Part shown: piece after piece, positions 49,464 to 61,280 of the stretch
Layout: every line of letters starts with the position of its first letter
Numbering within the stretch: the first letter of the stretch is position 1
NCBI RefSeq assembly: GCF_006345805.1
Contig: NW_021835988.1
Coordinates: 124,001-188,000 of the forward strand
Direction: 5' to 3'
Source of the DNA: Octopus sinensis
Taxonomy: Eukaryota
DNA length: 64,000 nucleotides
Notes under the pieces: model-generated
Databases searched by the model: none
Told to the model about the DNA's origin: nothing
The model's input: the letters and a program-made list of their open reading frames with translations, nothing else
Translations under genes and position numbers: made by a program

Positions 49464-49799
49464 AATTAAATTAATTATTTTTGTAGTTGATAAATCAATA
49501 ATAAGATTTACTGATTTATTTTACTGAAACGTGATAAAATGACGCCGACTTCAGAATTGAGAAATACACTTAACGTCAAAAATTAATGGACCATCTTACA
49601 GAAAGACAGCTCATCTTCTTAACGATAGCTAGATCTACCGGATTTTCTTTTTTGTATAATAAAAAAATTTCTTGAAAAACAATCAACAACATTCTTTGAA
49701 AAAATATTTTCTGCTCAAAGATAGTAAGATACACAATTTACCTCAATATTTTTGATTCGTTAGATCAGCGGTTCTCAAATGCGGCCCCTCTAGAGTAAC

Positions 49800-50625
49800 T
49801 AACCACACACTTGTCATGGAAATTCTACGCTCCTTTTCTGAATTTTCCTTGGACACAAATGTGGCTCATTTCAGCAAAATCTGGAGGAACAAGGTCTTGA
49901 CTTTCCGGAAGATCGAATGTCTCAACGAGCCTGGGACCGAATTAGATGCAAGAAAACTTTCAATCTGCTGCTCGAGTCGTCCAACCAGCACCGCCGCGTT
50001 TGCCTTCTGTCGGCAGCATCCCCGGCTAGCGGAGCTTGGCTTTGTGCATTCCCGAACGCCCCATCTGGCACTCTCCTTGACGATGAAGCGGTAAGGATCG
50101 GAGTCTCTCTGCGCCTCGGACTAAGCCAATGTGTCCCGCACACGTGCCGCTGTGACTGCACTGTTGACCCTTTCGATCTGCACCCTTTATCGTGCAGGAG
50201 GAGTGCCGGACGTTTCCCGAGGCACTCTGCTATGAACGACATCATACGGAGGGCCCTCGACTCGGCGGGATTTCCTTTGGTCCGCGAACCACCGGGTCTT
50301 GACCGCAGCGACGGGAAACGTCCTGACGGGATGACCTTTTTCCTCTTTGAAGGCGGAAAGGGCCTCGTATGGGATGCAACCTGCTGGGACACCTTTTCTG
50401 CTTCTCATTTAACTTCGTGTGTTCTGGAGCTAAGAAGGCTGAAGATCTAAAGCTATCAAAATATTCTGCCCTTTCAAAGGAGTTTTCCGTGGTGCCGAAA
50501 GTTCCTTCGCAAGCTCGGAGCCAAAATCTCAATGCGCACCCATAATCCTCGGGAGGCGGACTAGCTAATGCAACGGTTCTCGATCGCCATTATCCGGGGA
50601 AACAATTATTATTATTATTATTAAT
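49800..50625 (+). mobile_element. 5'-truncated CRE-clade retrotransposon with an (ATT)n tail
   Basis: SGAWLCAFP..LDDEAVRIG..CRC..HPLSC..RHSAMNDIIRRAL..DGKRPDGMT..LVWDATC..RFSIAIIRGN, followed by ATTATTATTATTATTATT at ~50605-50622. Confidence 0.88.
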
Positions 50626-50864
50626 TAAGCCAAAACAGAATCACCGTCTTAACCATTAACTAACGTGTTCAGGTGATTCCGACACTTCTCAACAGTCGAG
50701 CCATCTTTTCCCGATGTTCAGACCGTGACCCCACACACTTTCTGTATGTACGGTGAATCCGCCAGATATATCATAAACATAATACTAACTAAATTATTTG
50801 TTGAATAAAAATAATCAGATAATGTTAAAATTTAATTATTTATTCTTAAGGTTAAAATAAACTT

Positions 50865-51475
50865 TGACAGGAGAGGTTTACACCTTCTCTCTTTTCGCCT
50901 CAGTGCCGGCAGAATCCCCAGGTACGCATATTGTTCTCACATAATTGAAGATATCCGGTCACACGCCGATCAGTTTCAGTTGGCAAGCATTAATTGTGCC
51001 TGTCAACTGCATTCGGGCGATTGGCTGAATGCGTTACCGATCTCGTCACCGGGCATGTTCATGGACGACGAATCGGTCCGCATCGGAATCTGTTTACGGC
51101 TTGGCATAGAGATTTGTCAGCCGCACCATTGCAGATGTGAACAACTTATTGACAGGAGAGGTTTACACCCTCTCTCTTGTGGCCTCAGTGCCGGCAGGAT
51201 CCCCAGGCACGCCTCATTGAATGACGTAGTGAAGCGCGCGATTAACGCCGCTGGATTCCCCTCAATGTTAGAACCGATAGGACTAGACCGTGGGGACGGA
51301 AAACGCCCTGACGGGTCGACTTTATTCCCGCTCAGGGAGGGAATGGCACTCGTGTGAAATTTTAACTGCGTAGACTCATTTTCCTCATCATCGTTGGTTG
51401 ACTCCGCTTCTCGTCCTGGATCTGCATCTGCCTTTGCCGAATTTAGGAAAACTGCAAAATATGGCTTCCAGTGAA
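50865..51475 (+). mobile_element. CRE-clade REL-region fragment with an internal ~65-bp duplication
   Basis: SGDWLNALP..MDDESVRIG..HPLSC..RHASLNDVVKRA..DGKRPDG. TTGACAGGAGAGGTTTACACC..CAGTGCCGGCAG occurs at ~50864 and ~51148. Confidence 0.85.
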
Positions 51476-51559
51476 AACAAATCTTCCAGTGTAAACAATT
51501 GGATTTGCAAGATGAATTTATTGGTATTTTTTATCATATTATTTTTTATAGAAATTAAA

Positions 51560-52510
51560 TATAATTATTCTTACAAGATTTTGTTTGAAAGCCAGGATTT
51601 TCCTACCTTTTGGCGAAAAAAGGAATTTAAAGACAAATTTCCAAAGATTTGGGAACAAATAATTAAAATTTCATTATGTTTTCCAACAACTTATTTTGTG
51701 GAATGACGATTCAGCGTAATAAACAGAATATTAAGCGGTGAACGTAACGAGCTTGATATTTGCTCGCGAGGAGATGTCAGATTATCTTTAACACGCTTGG
51801 ACCCTGATATTCAGGAACTAATTAAAATGCATGAAAACCAAGGCTCTCATTAAATAGTTAAAAAAAGAATTTAAGCCAATAAAATTAATTAAATAAGTCT
51901 TTGTTTCTTTGGTACACAAAATAACTTCGTTGACGTTTTTATGGTACACCGACGTTTCATTTGGTACACCAAAAAAAGGTTGAGATTCACTGATTTACAA
52001 CATGATAGAGAACTAGCGGCATTGTTCAAAAATGCGTCCATTATTAATTTTTACGAATTAATTCCTCAAGACAAATTCAAAAATATAACACACAATGCAT
52101 ATATGAATATATCAATGTTTGGATCTACATATTTATGCAAATCAATATTTAGTAAAATGATTCAAATAAAAAAAATAAATATCGTAAAAAACTCACGAAT
52201 AATCACTTGGTCAGCTTTTACGAACTTCTTCGACTTCACTTATTCCGGATTTTAAAAACTTAATAAACAAATAATACTTTCTTTTTAGTTACAACGCCTT
52301 TTGTAAATTTTTTTAGCGTGTATTTCTTTATAAAGGAAATGGAAATTAAAAAAAAAAGAATCCAAAAACTCATTACGCATCAGCAGTGACTGCACTTTGG
52401 ATTGCAAGGGAGTTACCGGCTTGGAAAATATAAAAATATTTTTTTTCGGCCCGCGATACTAATCTTAATTATCGATTTGGCCCTTGAACTAAAAAGGTTG
52501 AGACCCCCTG
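51560..52510 (+). mobile_element. Two adjacent hAT 3'-end fragments
   Basis: FPKIWEQII..FPTTYFVE..RGDVRLSLT..PDI plus TGGTACAC subterminal repeats; then MFGSTYLCKSIFSKM and a GTTGAGACCCCCTG terminus at 52510. Confidence 0.75.
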
Positions 52511-52860
52511 CGTTAGATATTATAGAATTTCTTGCATATGAATATGCAGAAAATGACACAATAGAAGAGATGGAAAATTGCGGAAACATTGAAGATGAAA
52601 ATAATGAAAATATAAATGATGAAGAAGAAATTAACAAAAATGACACTGTGGCCAGATTAACTACAATTGAAAAAGATTTATTAAAAAATATTGAAAACGA
52701 GCATGATGTCTTACTAATCTCATCTATAAGACGTTACAAAGAAAATATAGTGATACTTAAAAAATGAAAATTGAATTTTACTTTAAAAAATTTGGATTTT
52801 TTAAATTTTCTTTAATTTAAAAAAATTGGCGCCTGCTTGGACTAGAAAAGAATCAAAATA

Positions 52861-53813
52861 CAGTCAAACCCCGGTTAGTCGCCACCCCACTTACTCGCCA
52901 CCTCAGTTAGTCGCCACTTTTTTAACGAAAAATCAAATTTTATAAGAAGAATTCAGTTACTCGCCAGTTTCAGTTACTCGCCACTATTTTTAATTTTTTA
53001 ATTTGAAATAAAATGGTTTAATTTAAAACAATAAAATAATTTCCACATTTATTAACCATGCGGAAGTGTACTCGGTTATCTTTTGAGGAAAAGCAAAGAA
53101 TTTTAAATTTCATTGATGAAAATAAGGCTCTTAGCTTAAATCGAATTGCCTCAATTTTCTCGATTATTTTGAAGAAAAAAATTTCCAGAAGATGCCTAAA
53201 CGATCTAATAATAAATAAAAGCTATCAAAAATTGTTTCAGGCATGCTAAGTGGATTCCATGTGAAAAGCAAATTCAATCTTCTAACTATACGATTGAGAA
53301 ATATGAGGAGACAATAAAGCAATTGAATATTTTGGATCCAATGGAACAATCAGATTTTCTTGATTACACGTACACTGAAATAGACGAAGTGGAAGAATCC
53401 CTCGAAAACGATGATGACGTAAATGAGAAACAAACACGTGGTATTTTTGAAGAGAAAACACCTGCGAATGAAATAAATCATGAAGATGCGTTTAAAATGT
53501 TGCATAATATAAAAAAGTACTATACTCAAGACGATACTTTTAATATTAACGCAATTCAAATGATCAATCAATTAATCGAAGATACGATGTTTAATAAAAA
53601 AACAACATTGAACGATTATTTTAGTCTAAATTCGTAATTTGACTCTTTATTTTCGAAATAATGATTTTTTTATTATTTAATTTAATTATTTTTAATTTTG
53701 TGAATACAAAATTTGATTAAAATTTGATATTGATTAATCAGTTACTCGCCAAATTCAGTTACTCGCTATTTTTTGCTTGATCCCAAATTTGGCGAGTAAA
53801 CGGGGTTTGACTG
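52861..53813 (+). mobile_element. Non-autonomous Tigger/pogo element (953 bp)
   Basis: TIRs CAGTCAAACCCCG..TAGTCGCC / GGCGAGTAAACGGGGTTTGACTG; TA TSD (52859-52860, 53814-53815); HTH N-terminus MRKCTRLSFEEKQRIL fused to a C-terminus ending KKTTLNDYF; repeated TTACTCGCCA motifs. Confidence 0.93.
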
Positions 53814-53815
53814 TA

Positions 53816-56184
53816 TGTCGCATGCACAACGCGCACTACGCCCCGAGCGCACATTATCGATTAGTCATATTGTAATTTTTATAAATTTTTTCGAAATTAT
53901 TGAATATAATGACACAAATGGCACTTTAAAAATATTGTTCACGTTTGGTTTTCCAAAACAAAAGAAGTTATATAAGAAATAACAATGAATATGATCAAAT
54001 CAAGTCGATTCTCCAAGGGATCGATGTAAAGACAAGAAATAGATATCAGGAAAGAAGGCTTTTGACCAAGTCAAAATCTTTTATACTATTAAATGATGCC
54101 TTTATTATCGTGTTGAAAACGGGAGTCACAAATTAGTTATTACTTCTGATGATCATGAAAAAATGAGAAAACTTTGTCAAGGAATTCACGAAGTTAGCCA
54201 TTCCTGTCAAAATGAACTTGAGAGATTGTGTAGGCAAAGATTTTTTTTATTAAACGTGAAATCGTCCGTGATGTTGTTATCAACTGTGACATTTGCCGCT
54301 TTTCTGGACCTTTAAAGGACCATGATACAGAATTTCACGTTTTTGCTAATAAACCAAATGAAAGGTTTCAAATGGATTTAATCGATCTTAAAAGGTGCTT
54401 TTTCTGATTATTTTAGATTTTCGAGTTCCAATGATTCTTTTTCATGCCTGTTAACTTGTATTGATGTATACAGCAAATATGGATTCACAAGAAAGCTAAA
54501 AAATAAATCTGGACTCGAGGTTTTAAAAAATATTCAAGATATATTTATCGAGCATGGACCATGTCTATATCTACAAACAGATAATGGGACAGAGTTCAAG
54601 AATTCTTACCTTACTGACTTGTGTGGAAAATACAACATTCTCCAAATTCACGGAAGGCCTAACAATCCACGCAGTCAAGGGATCACTGAGCGCTTCAACC
54701 AAACGATTACGCGCAAAATCTCGAAAATGTTATCTGAGGATAGTACCAAAAAGTGGATTAACTGTATTGGAGATGCAGTTATCTGGTAAAACCTCTCTAC
54801 TCATTCTTCTACGGGTTTTAAACTATTCTGTAAAAATAGGTGAAACTCCCTTTATGAGATTCAGGGGAATTCCAGGATTTAATGCAATAGTTCCAGAATA
54901 TCCTTTTAGTGAATCAAGAGGTATTTATTTTTGGTCATAATTTAGAAATTTTTTTTTAAATTAAAATAATTTATTAATTTTTTTTTTTTGACCAAATAAA
55001 GTTTTAATTAATTAGTATGACCCTAGGATAGCGTGTAAATAGAAATTGATAAAAATTAAAATATTCAGAGCTCAAGGACAGGTTCATAGTGCAACCGATT
55101 ATTGTGGAGTCATCTGGAGTCTTCGGTCCGGAATCAATCTCTTTCATTAGGAAACTTGGATCCCTGATCTCGGTTCAGACGAAAGATAGAAGGGAGACCG
55201 AATGGCTGTTTCAACGCCTTTCAACAACCGTTGTCAGGGGTAATAGCCACGCTATCCTTTCTGCTCTTAAGCAACCTTAATTAACCTATATTTTCTTTTA
55301 AAAATCAAATTAAGTAGATGAAAAAATTGATTTAGAAAATGCCGAACATGAACGATTCCAACAATTCGAAGAAGAGTTTAGCAAAATTTGTGCAACCCAA
55401 GGTATTAAATAATCGTCAAATTTTTTGATGAAACAAGTTTAAAAACGTCTAATAACATTAAATCGTCGAAATTTAAAATAAATTTCAGACCAATCGATAT
55501 CAACTCACCTTATTATCGTAGAATGAATAAAAAAATGTCTGTTCATCGAAATAAAAATGATTTTAAATTGGGAGATATGGTTTTCTATAAAAATTTATAA
55601 ATATAGGTCCGAATAAAAAAGGATTTTGGAACGAATCCTTCACTAAAATTAAATAAATTTGAAAGTCCATATGGTTCTCCGGTTAAAATGGTTCAGATTT
55701 TTTCAAATAACTATGCTGAGATTGAGAAAAAAGATGGCTCAAAAGATAAAATTCAAATTCATCGGCTTAAAAAGAAAATTAATTAATTTTTTGAATTTTT
55801 ATTAAAAATTTGTTTCAATTTGAGAGTTAAACACCGATATCGCAGTGTGAAACTTTTTGTAAAAAAGGTAAGAACTTAATAAAAATTCAAGTTCCAGTAG
55901 CATAACGAATCATCTTTTTTGTATTTGAGTTTTTTGTAAAATTTATTAAATGACATAAAAACAGATAATAGATAATAAAATTAAAAATAATTACAATATT
56001 AAATTTATAAGCTAATTTTAACCTCATATTATATTTTATTATTTCAGTATAAAAGTTTTGGCAGATTTTTTCATCTGGTGCTGATCTTTTGTATAATTAT
56101 ATACACCCATATGGTTATCAATCATTATTTATTAGCGAATCAATAATGTGCGCTCAGGGCGTAGGGCGCGTTGTGCATGTGACA
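53816..56184 (+). mobile_element. Ginger2/TDD-like integrase DNA transposon with ~50-bp TIRs, 5-bp TSD and tiny introns (decayed)
   Basis: TIRs TGTCGCATGCACAACGCGCACTACGCCCCGAGCGCACATTAT / ATAATGTGCGCTCAGGGCGTAGGGCGCGTTGTGCATGTGACA; TSD AAATA; H..H..C..C zinc motif; core D(IDVYS)-D(TDNGTEF)-E(QGITERFN). Introns at 54395-54416, 54921-54945 and 55580-55606. Confidence 0.88.
55070..55280 (+). mobile_element. CRE-clade 3' fragment nested in the Ginger element
   Basis: QPIIVESSGVFGPES..KLGSLIS..ETEWLFQRLSTTVVRGN. Confidence 0.85.
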
Positions 56185-56530
56185 AAATAATAAAAAAATC
56201 AAGATAAACAATAAAATACTAGAAAGAAATAAATTTAAAAAAGTCTTTATGAATGCATATTAATTAATTGATAAAATGAATACAAATTCACTTGCAAAAT
56301 ATACTTTATGCAAGATATTTTACCAGTAATCAATTTAATTAATAGTCAAACAAATAAAAAAACACAAAAATTATAAAATTAAAACATAAAAGCATGAAAA
56401 AATAAAATAAGAATTAACTGCATACATGCACAACAAAAGAAAATAATATAACGTGCGTAATAATTTATTGTAGTTAATTCGATAAATTAAAAACATTTAA
56501 AAAATAAAATAAATAACATTTAATGTCATC
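56185..56530 (+). repeat. AT-rich dispersed repeat; uninterrupted paralogue at ~63395-63800
   Basis: Shared AAACAATAAAATACTAGAAAGAAATAAATT..TATGAATGCATATTAATTAA..CACTTGCAAAATATA..GCACAACAAAAGAAAATAATATAA. Confidence 0.85.
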
Positions 56531-56645
56531 AATCTTTATTAATTCAGTTCGTCAATTGTAAGGGAAAAAAGAAATTGTTCTACAAGGATTTTTTCTGTAA
56601 AATAGGAAAAATGCCGGAATTTCCAAATCCCTAGATACAAAATTG

Positions 56646-57128
56646 GGATCACATAAAACAAACGCCCTCAGGGGCGTTTGTTTAATATGTGTTATATTTG
56701 ATGTTATAAAAAATTATATTATAATTTTTCCCATGTTGGTGTCAAAGGTGGAACTTGTTAAATCTATGATATAAGTATCTGGGAGTACTTGAGAGTTCAC
56801 CTTTGACACCTTTGACACCTTTGACACCAACATGGTGTCAAAAAAGAATTTTTACAAGACTACCTAAACGAATTTATGTGGCGTGACAACGTAATTGGTG
56901 ATCCTTTTTAAAAGTTAATGGAGCTTTTGAAAAATTATTATGTTGTTTAATAAACTTGTTTCTAAAGTATAGTGTTTATTTATAAATTTGATTTTTAGTT
57001 TTACATTATTTTAATGTTTTCGTCGAATGTTTGACATGTATAAATTTAGGGCGTTTGTTTAATATGTGTAAATTTGGGGGCGTTTGTTTAATATTTGTAA
57101 ATTTGGGGGCGTTTGTTTAATGTGATCC
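56646..57128 (+). mobile_element. Non-autonomous Merlin (IS1595/ISXO2-like) element
   Basis: TIR GGATCACATAAAACAAACGCCC / GGGCGTTTGTTTAATGTGATCC; 8-bp TSD CAAAATTG (56638-56645, 57129-57136); transposase tail FLQDYLNEFMWR. Confidence 0.9.
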
Positions 57129-57759
57129 CAAAATTGTTGTAGTCAGCGAATATTCGTTCCACAAAATGACTATTTAAGTTATGCAATTCTTTTCTAACGT
57201 CCTTTAACGCGGCTTTCAAATAGATTATATATATTTCAAATAGATTGCAAGGAGAACTGGCGAAAGAGAGTCCTCCTAAGGAGTATTAATCCTGGTGGAA
57301 AATTTATCCGAATAGTGTCTCCTCATTCCTTAACGAGACTCGTATAAGCCAGCAGGAAAAGCACAATTCTCAAAGAGTCTTGTACTTCTGAAATATGGCC
57401 GTTAGCCACCGATAATTTCATACTATACTATGTCAGCGGTTGATCATATTTAATGGATAATAGTAAATTCTATTTAAAAATCACAATAGCACTTAAATAA
57501 CAAAAAGGAGACGAGCGGCATAATTGGGGCCAAGTGGAAAAGGATTCTTCCGGTCATTGAAAAGCTGAAAGAAAACTAATGATAACAAGGAAAGCAGCAT
57601 CTTGAGAGGTAACTCGTTTGCTATTTGCAGTGCGGCCACTGGAGAATCCTAACTTCATAATATGTATTGACTCCCAAATAATTAACTGTCAAAAAAACAA
57701 CAACGGGTTAAACGTAAATAACAAAGGTAAGAATTTTAAGCAGTTTCAATAAATAAAAA

Positions 57760-57830
57760 TGCGCCTGCCGGGAATCGAACCCGGGTCGCTCGCATGGCAA
57801 GCGAACATGATACCCCTACACCACAGGCGC
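57760..57830 (-). tRNA. tRNA-Gly (GCC)
   Basis: GCGCCTG acceptor stem pairs with CAGGCGC plus discriminator A; anticodon stem TTCGC/GCGAG with loop TTGCCAT; T arm CCGGG-TTCGATT-CCCGG; followed by a T5 terminator. Confidence 0.93.
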
Positions 57831-57869
57831 TTTTTTCATGAATCGTCGTTTGTTTGGTATTTTACGATT

Positions 57870-59456
57870 TGGATCATTCTAAAGTTTAGAAATGAAAAAT
57901 CATATTGTAATGGTGATTTCATCAAGCAATGCCTTGTAAAAAAAGCGAATATTATTTGTCCAGACGACGCCCACTTGTTTAAAGAAATTTCATTAACAAG
58001 AAACACTGTTGCCGAACACATTAATGAAATGGCATTGAATTTGAAACACCAATTAAAGTCTGATTTGTTAAAATTCGAATATTTTTCAATTGCAATCGAT
58101 GAAACAGTCGACGTCGTTGGAATTGCACAATTAGCAATCTTTATAAGAGCGTGTGATTCAGATTTTAATATTTATGAAGAATTTATCGAACTAGTACCAA
58201 TGCACGATACTACTACAAGTAAAGATATCTTTATAAAACTACTACAAATTCTCTTTGAATATGGGTTTGATTTGAAGAAGCTTGTATGTTTATGCACTGA
58301 TGGTGCTCCAAATACGGTTTGACGACATGCTGGCGTTGCCGCTAAATTGCGAGCTGAAATAGAAAAGGTAAATCCCGGGTCATCATTTGTTCATTTTTAT
58401 TGTATTATTCATCAGCAATATTTGTGCTAAAAAATATTAAAAAAGGAAAATACCATTAGTTTGGTCACGAAAACAGTAAACTATATCAGAGGTCATCCCT
58501 TCAACCATCGGCAGTTTAGTAAACTGCTGACAGATATTAATAATCAGTTCAGCGACATTCCTTTTTATACTCCAGTCCGCTGGTTATCACTTTACAAAGT
58601 TGTCAAAAGATTTTATTTGTTGAGATCGGAAATAATTTTATTTATGGAGATAAAAGGGCAAAACACAGACGGAATGAAAAGTCAATCTTGGAACAAAGAT
58701 TTGGCATTTGCAGTGGATATTACCACACATATGAACGACCTTAATTTAGAATTGCAGGTAAAGACAAGTCATAACTCAGTTGTCAGATCATATCAAGTGT
58801 TTTATTTCGAAAATAAAATTATGGAAGTTTCAGCTATTAAATGAAAATTTATTTCATTTTCCTACGTGCAAAGAGCTCAGGAGTACTGTTGATGCACATA
58901 ATGTAATGAATTTTTCTCAGTATGAAAGACAACTAGAATCGTTGTTAAAGAAATTTCAAGAAAGATTTAATGATTTTTCGTCTTTTGAACAACAATTTTC
59001 ATTATTCCCATCACCATTCTCTTTTAATGTTTCCAATGCAGATGAAAGTTTACAAATGGAACTATTGGAAATCCAATCAGATTCTATACTTAAAGCTAAA
59101 TATTTGGAGGTTGGAATACCTGCTTTCTTTTCATATCTTCCTGGAAAGTTTAAAAACTTTAAAAAGTTTGCAACAAAAATCATTGCTATGTTTGGTTTGA
59201 CATATGTGTGTGAACAGCTTTTTTCATTTATGAAAATGACAAAAACTGCTCAAAGAACAAGACTAACTGATGAACATTTATCCTCTTTAATACAAGTCGG
59301 AACTACACGAATAGCTCAGCCTGACATATCAAAAATTGTATCTAAAAAAGATGTGAATCCTCTGGAAGCAGCTCTTACCAAAATTAGAATGCGGCCCTCG
59401 AAGCGAAATTGTTACAAAATGCGGCCCTCAAAGCGAAATGAGTTTGAAACCCCCTG
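57870..59456 (+). mobile_element. Decayed 5'-truncated hAT (SPIN/GTF2IRD2-like) with an intact 3' terminus
   Basis: FSIAIDETVD, CTDGAPNTV*, CIIHQQ, VRWLS, MFGLTYVCEQLFS; subterminal AATGCGGCCCTC repeats and a GAAACCCCCTG end. Confidence 0.88.
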
Positions 59457-60189
59457 TTATACGGCATTCCGTTACACACCTACACACAAAATCGACATGG
59501 ACTACAATCAGAAGGGACTCAAATAGAAATTACATAAAAATATAATATTTATAATTTTGAGACAGTAAAATTTTAATTAAAGACTACATTAACAATTATT
59601 TCTTATGTGTATACATTTTTTTGGGACACGCTGTACAATCAAATAGACTACATTCTTTGCAAAGATGCTCATAAACATTTGCTTGCTTGATGCGCTGTCA
59701 TACGGGGGACTGGAGATAAAAGTCACAACAAGCTAATAATCACTACCGTCGGACTGTATAAGATATAAAACCGACTATAAAAACTTACCGATGACAACCA
59801 AGAAGTGACAACAAAAATGGCAAATATATCTGATATATCCCTGAAGGAATAGACAGAGCATGCTGCATCAAATTTTAACATCGGCGGTAAAATAAAGTCC
59901 TCGTTGAGGTTCATTCTTTTCGAAGCTGTGGTGATCATAGGGTTATATATCATTTGGCCGTATGTCAGCAAGATACATGCATAATAGAGTGGACAGTATA
60001 TTGGTTTACCAAAGGATGTGGGGATTCAAAGAAAATGAAAACAACATGTGTTCATGGAACATATCACAAGATTCTGAAGAGAACTGACCATGAATTTACA
60101 GTTTTCAACAACCTATTTATGCAAAACGGGTTTTCTAAGCTGGATAATATGAAATGTAACAATCGTGAAAGTTTGAGAAACATTAATTT

Positions 60190-61010
60190 TTTACTGTGTG
60201 CCGTAATAAACCCGTTTAGTGTAGAGTGTGCGTAGCAGGAGGCAATGTTATGCAAAACTCGCCTCAATGCACGGAACTTATTTCATGCGTTGAGCGAATA
60301 CGCCATCTCGAATCGAGTAAGTACAATGAAATAAACCTTATTGTCCGAAGAGAACTCCGAGAAAATCACGTCCACGTTTTGGCAAGCAATAAAGAGAAAT
60401 TATACTTAAAAAGATCAAATTTAAAGTCCTTCACAAGACTCTCTTTAGCAGCCTGGGTAACCCGCACATGGAACGTGGCTGAAATATAGAAATAAATCTC
60501 CCGATCAGAAGGATTGTTCTCATATTTGCAGGACAGAAACTTTTTTAATAGTCAACGGAAACAATGTAAAAATAAGGCGTTGACGAATTAGACACGAAGT
60601 GTGGGAGTATGCTTCACCATGATTACAAATGGAGTCATAAAGAGGTGGTGAAGTTCCTTCATCTTATGATCTGGAATAAGAATGATTTGAGGCGGTCCAG
60701 AAAGTTGCGAAACCATCGAGTTCAATAGGTGTGAAAACTCGAAGGTTTGCATTAACGTGGATAACCCCATACACACTTCGATTGTGGTCCACAATAAGGT
60801 CACCGGGGAGATTGTTATCGTGGAGATGGGCATCACGTGCCTAGACCGTTTGCAAACAGTGGAAGTGGAGAAAAGGAGCAAGTATGACCTCCTTGTAAAC
60901 GAGCTAGGACTGATGCACCAGTGTCATCACACACGGGATGACATGGAAGAAGAGGAAAGAAAAAGGGTGCGCGGGATGCCATCTTCTGTTCACTTCAAAA
61001 GCGTTTTTTA
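60190..61010 (+). mobile_element. Decayed R4/Dong-like REL retrotransposon 3' region
   Basis: LCKTRLNARNLFHALSEYAIS, HKTLFSSL, YLQDRNFF, KLRNHRVQ, VHNKVTGEIVIVEMGIT..LQTVEVEKRSKYDLLVNELG. Confidence 0.75.
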
Positions 61011-61280
61011 AATCAATCTATGTTAGACTTACCGTCTTAAGTAAGCATCATTTTATAATTTGCCCCCAGCGCGGTAGGGGATAAAAAAACTTTATAATTG
61101 ATAATGTCAAGACCGATAAGTAGCACAAAATCTTTATTTCTAAAATTGTCAATTGATATTTTATTATAGTTCAAATCGACGTTTTTTGTAAAAATAAAAA
61201 TTGAAAAAGTTCTATTTATGAAAATTTAATTTAAAATTCTTCTTTTTGTTAAAATTTTTAATTAAATTAAATCCTAATAA

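Noticed and set aside
52402-52767. 121-aa acidic ORF as a host gene
   Set aside because: It starts inside a hAT terminus and is low-complexity; more likely a transposase tail remnant.
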